Assembly: GCA_051362555.1 (NCBI GenBank)
Contig: CM120647.1
Location: 2,852,001-2,916,000, forward strand
Reading direction: 5' to 3'
DNA length: 64,000 nt
From: Lingula anatina
Taxonomy: Eukaryota; Animalia; Brachiopoda
Made by a program: the position numbers and the translations under genes. The notes beneath the pieces are model-generated. The model saw only the letters and a program-made list of their open reading frames with translations. It was not told the origin of the DNA and did not search any database. Below, piece by piece: positions 1 to 15,500 of this stretch; position 1 is the first letter of the stretch; every line of letters starts with the position of its first letter.

Positions 1-3000
1 CATGTTAATATATTTTGATCACTGTATATGTTTGTGTCATTACTGTTGGTGTTTGTATTTATTGTGAGCAGTGTGTATATCAGTTTTGTCACTCTATTTG
101 TTTGTTATCATTACTATTGCGCTGCATTTTTATGTTGTCACTGTATATCTATGTGTCTGTTCATATTCTGTTTGCTGTGTCTATTCTGTATTGTTACTGA
201 ATGTGTTTATATATATTGTATTGGCGGTGTAGGGCTTCTTGAATCTTTTTCCTTGTGTTCATTCTGGTAACTGTGCATGGCTGTGTCACTGTACATGTCA
301 AATTTTTTTGTGATCACTGTGTAGCCTGTATTGTGTCTGTGTTTGTTTATATTTACTTTGATTACTGTGCATGTTTGTGTTGTCACTGTTCAAGTTTGTA
401 TTTATTGTCAGCACTGTGTATGTCAGTTTTGTCACTCTATTTGTTTATTATTATTATTACTATTGCGCTGCATGATGGTGTTGTCAATGTATGTCTATGT
501 GAATCTTTATATTGTGTTTGCTGTGTCCATTCTATATTGTTACTGAATGTGTGTATATATATTGTGATGAATGTGTATGGCTGTTTTCACTTTCTTTCCT
601 TGTGTTCATTGTCATTAAGGTGCACGTTACAATTGTCAATGTACATACAAATATTTATTTTGTGTATGTTTGTGTTGTTACTGTTTGTGTCTGCATATGA
701 TTCTCAGCACTGTGTAAGTCTGTTTGTCATATTTGTTTGTAATCATTATAAATTACTGTTCATGTTTTTGCTGTCATTGTTTGTGTTTGTATTTATTATG
801 ATCACTGTGTATGTTTTTGTCTTTAATGTTGATGTTTGTATTTATTGTGAGCACTGTGCATGTCAGTATTGTCACTTTATTTGGTTGTAATCATTACTAT
901 TGTGCTGAATAATGGTGTTGTCAATGTATGCCTTTGTGTCTCTTTATATTGTGTTTGCTGTGTTCATTCTGTATTGTTACTGAATGTGTTTGTATATATT
1001 GTGAAGAATGTGTACAGCTATGTTTTCACTCATTTTTCTTGTATTTGTTGTCATTACAGTGCACGTTTCTGTTGTCACTGTAAATGTTAATATTTATTTC
1101 AATTAATTGCTGATTGCTGTGTATGACTGTTTAATTACACAATTTATTTGTGTTCATTCTGGTAACTGTGCATGGTTTTGTCACTGTACATGTCAATATT
1201 TTTTGTGATCACTGTGTAGTCTGTATTGTGACTGTGTTTGTTTGTATTTATTTTGATTACTGTACATATTTGTCCTGTCACTGTTCGAGTATGTATTTAT
1301 TCTCAGCACTATGTATGTCAGTTTGTCGCTCTATTTGTTTGTAATCATTACTATTGCGCTGCATGATGGTGTTGTCAATGTATGTCTATTTGTCTGTTTA
1401 TATTGTGTTTGCTGTGTCCATTCTATATTGTTACTGAATGTGTGTGTATATATTGTGATAAATGTGTACGGCTATGTTTTCACTTTCTTTCCTTGTGTTC
1501 ATTGTCATTATGGGGCACGTTACAATTGTCAATGTTCATGTAAATATTTATTTTGATCACTGTGTATGTTTGTGTTGGTACTGTTTGTGTCTGCATGCTA
1601 TTCTGAGCACTGTGTAAGTATGTTTGTCCTATTTTTTAAAATCATTATCGGTTACTGTGCATGTTTATGCTGTCATTGTTTGTGTTTGTATTTATTATCT
1701 GTATGTTTGTGTCATTAATGTTGATGTTTGTATTTATTGTGAGCACTTTGCATGTCAGTTTTGTCAATTTATTGTTTGTAATCATTTCTATTGCACTGAT
1801 TAATGGTGTTGTCAATGTATGTCTATGTGTCTGTTTATATAGTGTTTGCTGTGTCCATTCTATATTGTTACTAAATGTGTTTGTATGTATTGTGATGAAC
1901 GTGTACGACTATGTTTTCACTTTCTTTCCTTGTGTTCATTGTCATTACAGGGCACGTTACAATTGTCAATGTTCATGTAAATATTTATTTTGATCATTGT
2001 GTATGTTTGTGTTGGTACTGTTTGTGTCTTCATGCTATTCTGAGCACTGTGTAAGTATGTTTGTCCTATTTGTTTGTAATCGTTATCAATTACTGTGCAT
2101 GTTTATGCTGTCTTTGAATCTGTTAATTTGTATTTATTATGATCACTGTGTATGTTTGTAATCATTACTGATGATGTTAGTATTTATTGTGAGCACTTTG
2201 CATGTCAGTTTTGTCACTTTATTTGTTTGTAATCATTGCTATTGCGCTGCATGATGGTGTTGTCAATGTATGTCTATGTGTCTGTTTATATTGTGTTTGC
2301 TGTGTCCATTCTATATTGTTACTGAATTTGTGTATATATATTGTGATGAATGTGTATGGCTATGTTTTCACTTTCTTTCCTTGTATTTGTTGTCATTACA
2401 GTGCACATTACTGTTGTCACTGTACATTTTAATATTTATTTTGATCACTGTGTATATCTGTGTTTTCACTACATCACTGATCACTGTGTATGACTGTGTT
2501 ATCACCCAATTAATTTGTGTTCATTCTGGTCACTCTGCATGGTTGTGTCATTTGTGTACATGTCAAATTCTTTTGTGATCACTGTACATGTAGTCTGTAT
2601 TGTGACTGTGTTTGTTTGAATATATTTTGATTACTGTGCATATTTGTGTTGTCACTGTTCAAGTTTGTATTTATTCTCAGCACTATGTATGTCAGTTTGT
2701 CACTCAATTTGTTTGTTATCATTACTATTGCGCTGCATGATGGTGTTGTCAATGTATGTCTATGTGTCTGTTTATATTGTGTTTGCTGTGTCCATTCTAT
2801 ATTGTTACTGAATGTGTGTGTATATATTGTGATAAATGTGTACGGCTATGTTTTCACTTTCTTTCCTTGTGTTCATTGTCATTATGGGGCACATTACAAT
2901 TGTCAATGTTCATGTAAATATTTATTTTGATCACTATGTATGTTTGTGTTGGTACTGTTTGTGTTTGCATACGATTCTGAGCACTGTGTAATTCTGTTTG

Positions 3001-4749
3001 TCCTATTTTTTTTAATCATTATCGGTTACTGTGCATGTTTATGCTGTCATTATTTGTGTTTGTATTTATTATCTGTATGTTTGTGTCATTAATGTTGATG
3101 TTTGTATTTATTGTTAGCACTTTGCTTGTCAGTTTTGTCAATTTATTGTTTGTAATCATTACTATTGCACTGATTAATGGTGTTGTCAATGTATGTCTAT
3201 GTGTCTGTTTATATTGTGTTTGCTGTGTCCATTCTATATTGTTACTGAATGTGTGTATATATATTGTGATGAATGTGTATGGCTATGTTTTCACTTTCTT
3301 TCCTTGTGTTCATTGTCATTACAGGGCATGTTACAATTGTCAATGTTCATGTAAATATTTATTTTGATCACTGTGTATGTTTGTGTTGGTACTGTTTGTG
3401 TCTGCATACTATTCTGAGCACTGTGTAAGTATGTTTGTCCTATTTGTTTGTAATCATTATCAATTACTGTGCATGTTTATGCTGTCATTGAATCTGTTAA
3501 TTTGTATTTATTATGATCACTGTGTATGTTTGTAATCATTACTGATGATGTTAGTATTTATTATGAGGACTTTGCATGTCAGTTTTGTCACTTAATTTGT
3601 TTGTAATCATTATCATTGCGCTGAATAATAGTGCTGTCAATGAATGTCTTTGTGTCTGATAATATTTAATATTATTTGCTGTGTCCATTCCGTATTATTA
3701 CTGAATGAGTTTGTATATATTGTGAAGAATGTGTACAGCTATGTTTTCACTCATTTTCCTTGTATTTGTTGTCATTACAGTGCACGTTACTGTTGTCACT
3801 ATACATTTTAATATTTATTTGGATCACTGTGTATATCTGTGTTTTCACTACATCACTGATCACTGTGTATGACTGTGTAATCACCCAATTAATTTGTGTT
3901 CATTCTGGTAACTGTGCATGGTTGTGTCACTTGTGTACATGTCAAATTCTTTTGTGAATCACTGTACGTGTAGTCTGTATTGTGACTGTGTTTGTTTGTA
4001 TTTATTTTGATTACTGTGCATATTTGTGTTGTCACTGTTCAAATTTGTATTTATTGTCAACACTGTGTATGTCAGTTTTGTCATTTTATTTGTTTGTAAT
4101 CATTGCTATTGCGCTGCATGATGGTGTTGTCAATGTATGTCTATGTGTCTGTTTATATTGTGTTTGCTGTGTTCATTCTGTATTGTTACTGAATGTGTTT
4201 GTATATATTGTGATGAATATGTATGGCTATGTTTACACTTCTTTCATTGTGTTCATTGTCATTAAGGTGCACGTTACAATTGTCAATGTACATACAAATA
4301 TTTATTTTGATCACTGTGTATGTTTGTGTTGTTACTGTTTGTGTCTGCATACGATACTGAGCACTGTGTAAGTCTGTTTGTCTTATTTGTTTGTAATCAT
4401 TGTAAATTACTGTTCATGTTTTCGCTGTCATTGTTTGTGTTTGTATTTATTATGATCACTGTGTATGTTTGCATCATTACTGATGATGTTTGTATTTATT
4501 GTGAGCACTGTTCATGTCAGTATTGTCACTTTATTTGGTTGTAATCATTACTATTGTGCTGAATAATGCTGTTGTCAATGTATGCCTTTGTGTCTCTTTA
4601 TATTGTGTTTGCTGTGTTCATTCTGTATTGTTACTGAATGTTTTTGTATATATTGTGATGAATGTGTATGGCTATGTTTTCTCTTTTTTCCTTGTGTTCA
4701 TTGTCATTATGGGGTACATTACAATTGTCAATGTACATGTAAATATTTA

Positions 4750-7700
4750 TTTTGATCACTGTGTATGTTTGTGCTCTTACTGTTTGTATCTGCATACGAT
4801 TCTGAGCACTGTGTATGTCTGTTTGTCCTATTTGTTTGTAATCATTATCAATTACTGTGCATGTTTATGCTGTCAATGTTTGTGTTTGTATTTATTATGA
4901 TCACTGTGTATGTTTTTGTCATTAATGTTAAAGTTTGTATTTATTGTGAGCACTGTGCATGTCAGTATTGTCACTTTATTTGTTTGTAATCATTACTATT
5001 GTGCTGAATAATTGTGTGGTAAATATAGGTCTGTGTGTCTGTTTATATTATTTGTTGTGTCTACTCTGAATTCTTTCTGAATTTGTTTGTGTATATTGTT
5101 AGGAATGTGTACGCCTATGTTTTCACTGTTTTTCCTTGTATTTGTTGTCATTCTGGTGCATGTTATTGTTGTCAATGTACATGTTAATATATTTTGATCA
5201 CTGTATATGTTTGTGTTATTACTGTTGGTGTTTGTATTTATTGTGAGCAGTGTGTATATCAGTTTTGTCACTCTATTTGTTTGTTATCATTACTATTGCG
5301 CTGCATTTTTATGTTGTCACTGTATATCTATGTGTCTGTTCATATTCTGTTTGCTGTGTCTATTCTGTATTGTTACTGAATGTGTTTATAAATATTGTAT
5401 TAGCAGTGTAGGGCTTCTTCAATCTTTTTCCTTGTGTTCATTCTGGTAACTGTGCATGGCTGTGTCACTGTACATGTCAAATTTTTTTGTGATCACTGTG
5501 TAGCCTGTATTGTGTCTGTGTTTGTATTTATTTTGATTACTGTGCATGTTTGTGTTGTCACTGTTCAAGTTTGTATTTATTGTCAGCACTGTGTATGTTA
5601 GTTTTGTCACTCTATTTGTTTATTATTATTATTATTACTATTGCGCTGCATGATGGTGTTGTCAGTGTATGTCTATGTGTCTTTTTATATTGGGTTTGCT
5701 GTGTCCATTCTATATTGTTACTAAATGTGTTTTTATATATTGAGATGAATGTAAACGGCTATGTTTACACTTTCTTTCTTTGTGCTCATTGTCATTAAGG
5801 TGCACGTTACAATTGTCAATGTACATACAAATATTTATTTTGATCACTGTATTTGTTTGTGTTGTTACTGTTTGTGTCTGCATACAATACTGGGCACCGT
5901 GTAAGTCTGTTTGTCCTATTTGTTTGTAATCATTATCAATTACTGTGCATGTTTATGGTGTTATTGTTTGTGTTTGTATTTATTATGATCACTATCTATG
6001 TTTGCATCATTACTGATGATGTTAGCATTTATTGTGAGCACTGTGCATGTCAGTATTGTCACTTTATTTGGTTGTAATCATTACTATTGTGCTGAATAAT
6101 GGTGTTGTCAATGTATGCCTTTGTGTCTCTTTATATTATGTTTGCTGTGTTCATTCTGTATTGTTACTGAATGTTTCTGTATATATTGTGATGAATGTGT
6201 ACAGCTATGTTTTCACTCATTTTCCTTGTATTTGTTGTCATTACAGTGCACGTTACTGTTGTCACTATACATTTTAATATTTATTTGGATCACTGTGTAT
6301 ATCTGTTTTCACTATATCACTGATTACTGTGTATGACTGTGTTATCACCCAATTAATTTGTGTTCATTCTGGTAACTGTGCATGGTTGTGTCACTTGTGT
6401 ACATGTCAAATTCTTTTGTGAATCACTGTACGTGTAGTCTGTATTGTGACTGTGTTTGTGTTGTCACTGTTCAAATTTATATTTATTGTCAGCACTGTGT
6501 ATGTCAGTTTTGTCACTTTATTTGTTTGTAATTTTTACTATTGCACTGCATGATGGTGTTGTCAATGTATGTCTTTGTGTCTGATCATCTTCTGTTTTCT
6601 GTGATTATTCTGTTTTGTTACTCAATGTGTTTGTATATATTGTAATGAATGTGTACGACTATGTTTTCACTTTCTTTCTTTGTGCTCATTGTCATTAAGG
6701 TGCACATTACAATTGTCAATATACATACAAATATTTATTTTGATCACGGTGTATGTTTGTGTTGTTACTGTTTGTGTCTGCATACGATACTGAGCACTGT
6801 GTAAGTCTGTTTGTCATATTTGTTTGTAATCATTATCAATTACTGTGCATGTTTATGCTAACATTGTTTGTGTTTGTATTTATTATGATCACTGTGTATG
6901 TTTGTGTCATTACTGTTAATGTTTGTATTTATTATAAGCACTATATATGTCGATTTTGTCACTCTATTTGTTTATAATCATTACTATTGAGCTGAATGAT
7001 GGTGTTGTCAATGTATGTCTATGGGTCTGCTTATATTGTGTTTGCTGTGTCCATTCTATATTGTTACTGAATGTGTTTGTATATATTGTAAAGAATGTGT
7101 ACAGCTATGTTTTCACTCATTTTTCTTGTATTTGTTGTCATTACAGTGCACGTTACTGTTGTCACTGTAAATGTTAATATTTATTTCAATTAATTGCTGA
7201 TTGCTGTGTATGACTGTTTAATTACCCAATTTATTTGTGTTCATTCTGGTAACTGTGCATGGTTTTGTCACTGTACATGTCAAAATTTTTTGTGATCACT
7301 GTGTAGTCTGTATTGTGACTGTGTTTGTATTTATTTTGATTACTGTGCATGTTTGTGCTATCACTGTTCGAGTATGTATTTTTTCTCAGCACTATGTATG
7401 TCAGTTTGTCGCTCTATTTGTTTGTAATCATTACTATTGCGCTGAATGATGGTGTTGTCAATGTATGTCTATGTGTCTGTTTATATTGTGTTTGCTGTGT
7501 CCATTCTATATTGTTACTAAATGTGTGTGTATATATTGTGATAAATGTGTACGGCTATGTTTTCTCTTTCTTTCCTTGTGTTCATTGTCATTACGGGGCA
7601 CGTTACAATTGTCAATGTTCATGTAAATATTTATTTTGATCACTGTGTATGTTTGTGTTGGTACTGTTTGTGTCTGCATGCTATTCTGAGCACTGTGTAA

Positions 7701-10700
7701 GTATGATTGTCCTATTTGTTTGTAATCATTATCAATTACTGTGCATGTTTATGCTGTCATTGAATGTGTTAATTTGTATTTATTATGATCATTGTGTATG
7801 TTTGCATAATTACTGATGATGTTAGTATTTATTGTGAGCACTGTGCATGTCAGTTTTGTCACTTTATTTGTTTGTAATCATTACTATTGCGCTGAATAAT
7901 GCTGTCGTCAATGAATGTCTTTGTGTCTGTTAATATTATTTGCTGTGTACATTCTGTATTGTTACTGAATGTGTATGTATATAATGTGAAGAATGTGTAC
8001 AGCTATGTTTTCACTCATTTTCCTTGTATTTGTTGTCATTACAGTGCACGTTACTGTTGTCACTGTACATTTTAATATTTATTTTGATCACTGTGTATAT
8101 CTGTGTTTTCACTACATCACTGATCACTGTGTATGACTGTGTTATCACCCAATTAATTTGTGTTCATTCTGGTAACTGTGCATGGTTGTGTCACTTGTGT
8201 ACATGTCAAATTCTTTTGTGAATCACTGTATGTGTAGTCTGTATTGTGACTGTGTTTGTTTGAATATATTTTGATTACTGTGCATATTTGTGTTGTCACT
8301 GTTCAAGTTTGTATTTATTCTCAGCACTATGTATGTCAGTTTGTCGCTCAATTTGTTTGTTATCATTACTATTGCGCTGCATGATGGTGTTGTCAATGTA
8401 TGTCCATGTGTCTGTTTATATTGTGTTTGCTGTGTCCATTCTATATTGTTACTGAATGTGTGTGTATATATTGTGATAAATGTGTACGGCTATGTTTTCA
8501 CTTTCTTTCCTTGTGTTCATTGTCATTATGGGGCACGTTACAATTGTCAATGTTCATGTAAATATTTATTTTGATCACTGTGTATGTTTGTGCTCTTACT
8601 GTTTGTATCTGCATATGATTCTGAGCACTGTGTAAGTCTGTTTGTCCTATTTGTTTGTAATCATTATCAATTACTGTGCATGTTTATGCTGTCAATGTTT
8701 GTGTTTGTATTTATTATGATCACTTTGTATGTTTTTGTCATTAATGTTAAAGTTTGTATTTATTGTGAGCACTGTGCATGTCAGTATTGTCACTTTATTT
8801 GTTTGTAATCATTACTATTGTGCTGAATAATTGTGTGGTAAATATAGGTCTGTGTGTCTGTTTATATTATTTGTTGTGTCTACTCTGAATTCTTTCTGAA
8901 TTTGTTTGTGTATATTGTTAGGAATGTGTACGCCTATGTTTTCACTGTTTTTCCTTGTATTTGTTGTCATTCTGGTGCATGTTATTGTTGTCAATGTACA
9001 TGTTAATATATTTTGATCACTGTATATGTTTGTGTCATTACTGTTGGTGTTTGTATTTATTGTGAGCAGTGTGTATATCAGTTTTGTCACTCTATTTGTT
9101 TGTTATCATTACTATTGCGCTGTATTTTTATGTTGTCACTGTATATCTATGTGTCTGTTCATATTCTGTTTGCTGTGTCTATTCTGTATTGTTACTGAAT
9201 GTGTTTATATATATTGTATTGGCGGTGTAGGGCTTCTTCAATCTTTTTCCTTGTGTTCATTCTGGTAACTGTGCATGGCTGTGTCACTGTACATATCAAA
9301 TTTTTTTGTGATCACTGTGTAGCCTGTATTGTGTCTGTGTTTGTATTTATTTTGATTACTGTGCATGTTTGTGTTGTCACTGTTCAAGTTTGTATTTATT
9401 GTCAGCACTGTGTATGTTAGTTTTATCACTCTATTTGTTTATTATTATTATTACTATTGCGCTGCATGATGGTGTTGTCAGTGTATGTCTATGTGTCTTT
9501 TTATATTGGGTTTGCTGTGTCCATTCTATATTGTTACTAAATGTGTTTTTATATATTGAGATGAATGTAAACGGCTATGTTTACACTTTCTTTCTTTGTG
9601 CTCATTGTCATTAAGGTGCACGTTACAATTGTCAATGTACATACAAATATTTATTTTGATCACTGTGTATGTTTGTGTTGTTACTGTTTGTGTCTGCATA
9701 CGATACTGGGCACTGTGTAAGTCTGTTTGTCCTATTTGTTTGTAATCATTATAAATTACTGTGCATGTTTATGGTGTCATTGTTTTTGTTTGTATTTATT
9801 ATGATCACTGTCTATGTTTGGATCATTACTGATGATGTTAGTATTTATTGTGAGCACTGTGCATGTCAGTATTGTCACTTTATTTGGTTGTAATCATTAC
9901 TATTGCGCTGAATAATGCTGTTGTCAATGTATGCCTTTGTGTCTCTTTATATTATGTTTGCTGTGTTCATTCTGTATTGTTACTGAATGTTTCTGTATAT
10001 ATTGTGATGAATGTGTACAGCTATGTTTTCACTCATTTTCCTTGTATTTGTTGTCATTACAGTGCACGTTACTGTTGTCACTATTCATTTTAATATTTAT
10101 TTGGATCACTGTGTATATCTGTTTTCACTATATCACTGATTACTGTGTATGACTGTGTTATCACCCAATTAATTTGTGTTCATTCTGGTAACTGTGCATG
10201 GTTGTGTCACTTGTGTACATGTCAAATTCTTTTGTGAATCACTGTACGTGTAGTCTGTATTGTGACTGTGTTTGTGTTGTCACTGTTCAAATTTATATTT
10301 ATTGTCAGCACTGTGTATGTCAGTTTTGTCACTTTATTTGTTTGTAATTTTTACTATTGCACTGCATGATGGTGTTGTCAATGTATGTCTTTGTGTCTGG
10401 TCATCTTCTGTTTTCTGTGATTATTCTGTTTTGTTACTCAATGTGTTTGTATATATTGTGATGAATGTGTACGACTATGTTTTCACTTTCTTTCTTTGTG
10501 CTCATTGTCATTAAGGTGCACGTTACAATTGTCAATGTACTTACAAATATTTATTTTGATCACTGTGTATGTTTGTGTTGTTACTGTTTGTGTCTGCATA
10601 CGATACTGAGCACTGTGTAAGTCTGTTTGTCATATTTGTTTGTAATCATTATCAATTACTGTGCATGTTTATGCTAACATTGTTTGTGTTTGTATTTATT

Positions 10701-12215
10701 ATGATCACTGTGTATGTTTGTGTCATTACTGTTAATGTTTGTATTTATTATAAGCACTATATATGTCGATTTTGTCACTCTATTTGTTTATAATCATTAC
10801 TATTGAGCTGAATGATGGTGTTGTCAATGTATGTCTATGGGTCTGCTTATATTGTGTTTGCTGTGTCCATTCTATATTGTTACTGAATGTGTTTGTATAT
10901 ATTGTGAAGAATGTGTACAGCTATGTTTTCACTCATTTTTCTTGTATTTGTTGTCATTACAGTGCACGTTACTGTTGTCACTGTAAATGTTAATATTTAT
11001 TTCAATTAATTGCTGATTGCTGTGTATGACTGTTTAATTACACAATTTATTTGTGTTCATTCTGGTAACTGTGCATGGTTTTGTCACTGTACATGTCAAA
11101 ATTTTTTGTGATCACTGTGTAGTCTGTATTTTGACAGTGTTTGTATTTATTTTGATTACTGTGCATGTTTGTGCTATCACTGTTCAAGTATGTATTTATT
11201 CTCAGCACTATGTATGTCAGTTTTGTCACTCTATTTGTTTGTAATCATTACTATTGCGCTGCATGATGGTGTTGTCAATGTATGTCTATGTGTCTGTTTA
11301 TATTGTGTTTGCTGTGTCCATTCTATATTGTTACTGAATGTGTTTTTATGAATGTGTACGGCTATGTTTTCTCTTTCTTTCCTTGTGTTCATTGTCATTA
11401 CGGGGCACGTTACAATTGTCAATGTTCATGTAAATATTTATTTTGATCACTGTGTATGTTTGTGTTGGTACTGTTTGTGTCTGCATGCTATTCTGAGCAC
11501 TGTGTAAGTATGATTGTCCTATTTGTTTGTAATCATTATCAATTACTGTGCATGTTTATGCTGTCGTTGAATGTGTTAATTTGTATTTATTATGATCATT
11601 GTGTATGTTTGCATTATTACTGATGATGTTAGTATTTATTGTGAGCACTGTGCATGTCAGTTTTGTCACTTTATTTGTTTGTAATCATTACTATTGCGCT
11701 GAATAATGCTGTCGTCAATGAATGTCTTTGTGTCTGTTAATATTATTTGCTGTGTACATTCTGTATTCTTACTGAATGAGTATGTATATAATGTGAATAA
11801 TGTGTACAGCTATGTTTTCACTCATTTTCCTTGTATTTGTTGTCATTACAGTGCACGTTACTGTTGTCACTGTACATTTTAATATTTATTTTGATCACTG
11901 TGTATATCTGTGTTTTCACTATATCACTGATCACTGTGTATGACTGTGTTATCACCCAATTAATTTATGTTCATTCTGGTCACTCTGCATGGTTGTGTCA
12001 CTTGTGTACATGTCAAATTCTTTTGTGAATCACTGTATGTGTAGTCTGTATTGTGACTGTGTTTGTTTGAATATATTTTGATTACTGTGCATATTTGTGT
12101 TGTCACTGTTCAAGTTTGTATTTATTCTCAGCACTATGTATGTCAGTTTGTCGCTCAATTTGTTTGTTATCATTACTATTGCGCTGCATGATGGTGTTGT
12201 CAATGTATGTCTATG
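4750..12215 (+). repeat. ~3.8 kb higher-order repeat, two tandem copies
   Basis: Near-identical ORF translations at offsets of 3807-3819: 4765/8584, 4996/8815, 5853/9669, 6047/9863, 6753/10569, 6947/10763, 8290/12097. Confidence 0.88.
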
Positions 12216-12575
12216 TGAATCTTTATATTGTGTTTGCTGTGTCCATTCTATATTGTTACTGAATGTGTGTATATATATTGTGATGAATGTGTATGGCTGT
12301 TTTCACTTTCTTTCCTTGTGTTCATTGTCATTAAGGTGCACGTTACAATTGTCAATGTACATACAAATATTTATTTTGTGTATGTTTGTGTTGTTACTGT
12401 TTGTGTCTGCATATGATTCTCAGCACTGTGTAAGTCTGTTTGTCATATTTGTTTGTAATCATTATAAATTACTGTTCATGTTTTTGCTGTCATTGTTTGT
12501 GTTTGTATTTATTATGATCACTGTGTATGTTTTTGTCTTTAATGTTGATGTTTGTATTTATTGTGAGCACTGTGC

Positions 12576-15500
12576 ATGTCAGTATTGTCACTTTATTTGG
12601 TTGTAATCATTACTATTGTGCTGAATAATGGTGTTGTCAATGTATGCCTTTGTGTCTCTTTATATTGTGTTTGCTGTGTTCATTCTGTATTGTTACTGAA
12701 TGTGTTTGTATATATTGTGAAGAATGTGTACAGCTATGTTTTTTACTCATTTTTCTTGTATTTCTTGTCATTACAGTGCACGTTACTGTTGTCACTGTAA
12801 ATGTTAATATTTATTTCAATTAATTGCTGATTGCTGTGTATGACTGTTTAATTACACAATTTATTTGTGTTCATTCTGGTAACTGTGCATGGTTTTGTCA
12901 CTGTACATGTCAATATTTTTTGTGATCACTGTGTAGTCTGTATTGTGACTGTGTTTGTTTGTATTTATTTTGATTACTGTACATATTTGTGCTGTCACTG
13001 TTCGAGTATGTATTTATTCTCAGCACTATGTATGTCAGTTTGTCGCTCTATTTGTTTGTAATCATTACTATTGCGCTGCATGATGGTGTTGTCAATGTAT
13101 GTCTATGTGTCTGTTTATATTGTGTTTGCTGTGTCCATTCTATATTGTTACTGAATGTGTGTGTATATATTGTGATAAATGTGTACGGCTATGTTTTCAC
13201 TTTCTTTCCTTGTGTTCATTGTCATTATGGGGCACGTTACAATTGTCAATGTTCATGTAAATATTTATTTTGATCACTGTGTATGTTTGTGTTGGTACTG
13301 TTTGTGTTTGCATACGATTCTGAGCACTGTGTAAGTCTGTTTGTCCTATTTTTTAAAATCATTATCGGTTACTGTGCATGTTTATGCTGTCATTGTTTGT
13401 GTTTGTATTTATTATCTGTATGTTTGTGTCATTAATGTTGATGTTTGTATTTATTGTGAGCACTTTGCATGTCAGTTTTGTCAATTTATTGTTTGTAATC
13501 ATTTCTATTGCACTGATTAATGGTGTTGTCAATGTATGTCTATGTGTCTGTTTATATTGTGTTTGCTGTGTCCATTCTATATTGTTACTAAATGTGTTTG
13601 TATGTATTGTGATGAACGTGTACGACTATGTTTTCACTTTCTTTCCTTGTGTTCATTGTCATTACAGGGCACGTTACAATTGTCAATGTTCATGTAAATA
13701 TTTATTTTGATCATTGTGTATGTTTGTGTTGGTACTGTTTGTGTCTGCATGCTATTCTGAGCACTGTGTAAGTATGTTTGTCCTATTTGTTTGTAATCGT
13801 TATCAATTACTGTGCATGTTTATGCTGTCTTTGAATCTGTTAATTTGTATTTATTATGATCACTGTGTATGTTTGTAATCATTACTGATGATGTTAGTAT
13901 TTATTGTGAGCACTTTGCATGTCAGTTTTGTCACTTTATTTGTTTGTAATCATTGCTATTGCGCTGCATGATGGTGTTGTCAATGTATGTCTATGTGTCT
14001 GTTTATATTGTGTTTGCTGTGTCCATTCTATATTGTTCCTGAATTTGTGTATATATATTGTGATGAATGTGTATGGCTATGTTTTCACTTTCTTTCCTTG
14101 TATTTGTTGTCATTACAGTGCACATTACTGTTGTCACTGTACATTTTAATATTTATTTTGATCACTGTGTATATCTGTATTTTCACTACATCACTGATCA
14201 CTGTGTATGACTGTGTTATCACCCAATTAATTTGTGTTCATTCTGGTCACTCTGCATGGTTGTGTCATTTGTGTACATGTCAAATTCTTTTGTGATCACT
14301 GTACGTGTAGTCTGTATTGTGACTGTGTTTGTTTGAATATATTTTGATTACTGTGCATATTTGTGTTGTCACTGTTCAAGTTTGTATTTATTCTCAGCAC
14401 TATGTATGTCAGTTTGTCACTCAATTTGTTTGTTATCATTACTATTGCTCTGCATGATGGTGTTGTCAATGTATGTCTATGTGTCGGTTTATATTGTGTT
14501 TGCTGTGTCCATTCTATAATGTTACTGAATGTGTGTGTATATATTGTGATAAATGTGTACGGCTATGTTTTCACTTTCTTTCCTTGTGTTCATTGTCATT
14601 ATGGGGCACGTTACAATTGTCAATGTTCATGTAAATATTTATTTTGATCACTATGTATGTTTGTGTTGGTACTGTTTGTGTTTGCATACGATTCTGAGCA
14701 CTGTGTAATTCTGTTTGTCCTATTTTTTTTAATCATTATCGGTTACTGTGCATGTTTATGCTGTCATTATTTGTGTTTGTATTTATTATCTGTATGTTTG
14801 TGTCATTAATGTTGATGTTTGTATTTATTGTTAGCACTTTGCATGTCAGTTTTGTCAATTTATTGTTTGTAATCATTACTATTGCACTGATTAATGGTGT
14901 TGTCAATGTATGTCTATGTGTCTGTTTATATTGTGTTTGCTGTGTCCATTCTATATTGTTACTAAATGAGTTTGTATGTATTGTGATGAACGTGTACGAC
15001 TATGTTTTCACTTTCTTTCCTTGTGTTCTTTGTCATTAAGGTGCATGTTACAATTATCAATGTTCATGTAAATATTTATTTTGATCACTGTGTATATCTC
15101 TGTTTTCACTACATCACTGATCACTGTGTATGACTGTTTAATTACCCAATTTATTTGTGTTCATTCTGGTAACTGAGCATGGTTTTGTCACTGTACATGT
15201 CAATATTTTTTGTGATCACTGTGTAGTCTGTATTGTGAATGTGTTTGTTTGTATTTATTTTGATTACTGTACATATTTGTGTTGTCACTGTTCGAGTATG
15301 TATTTATTGTCAGCACTGTGTATGTCAGTTTTGTCACTTAATTTGTTTGTAATCATTGCTATTGCGCTGCATGATGGTGTTGTCAATGTATGTCTATGTG
15401 TCTGTTTATATTGTGTTTGCTGTGTCCAATCTATATTGTTACTGAATGTGTGTATATATATTGTGATGAATGTGTATGGCTATGTTTTCACTTTCTTTCC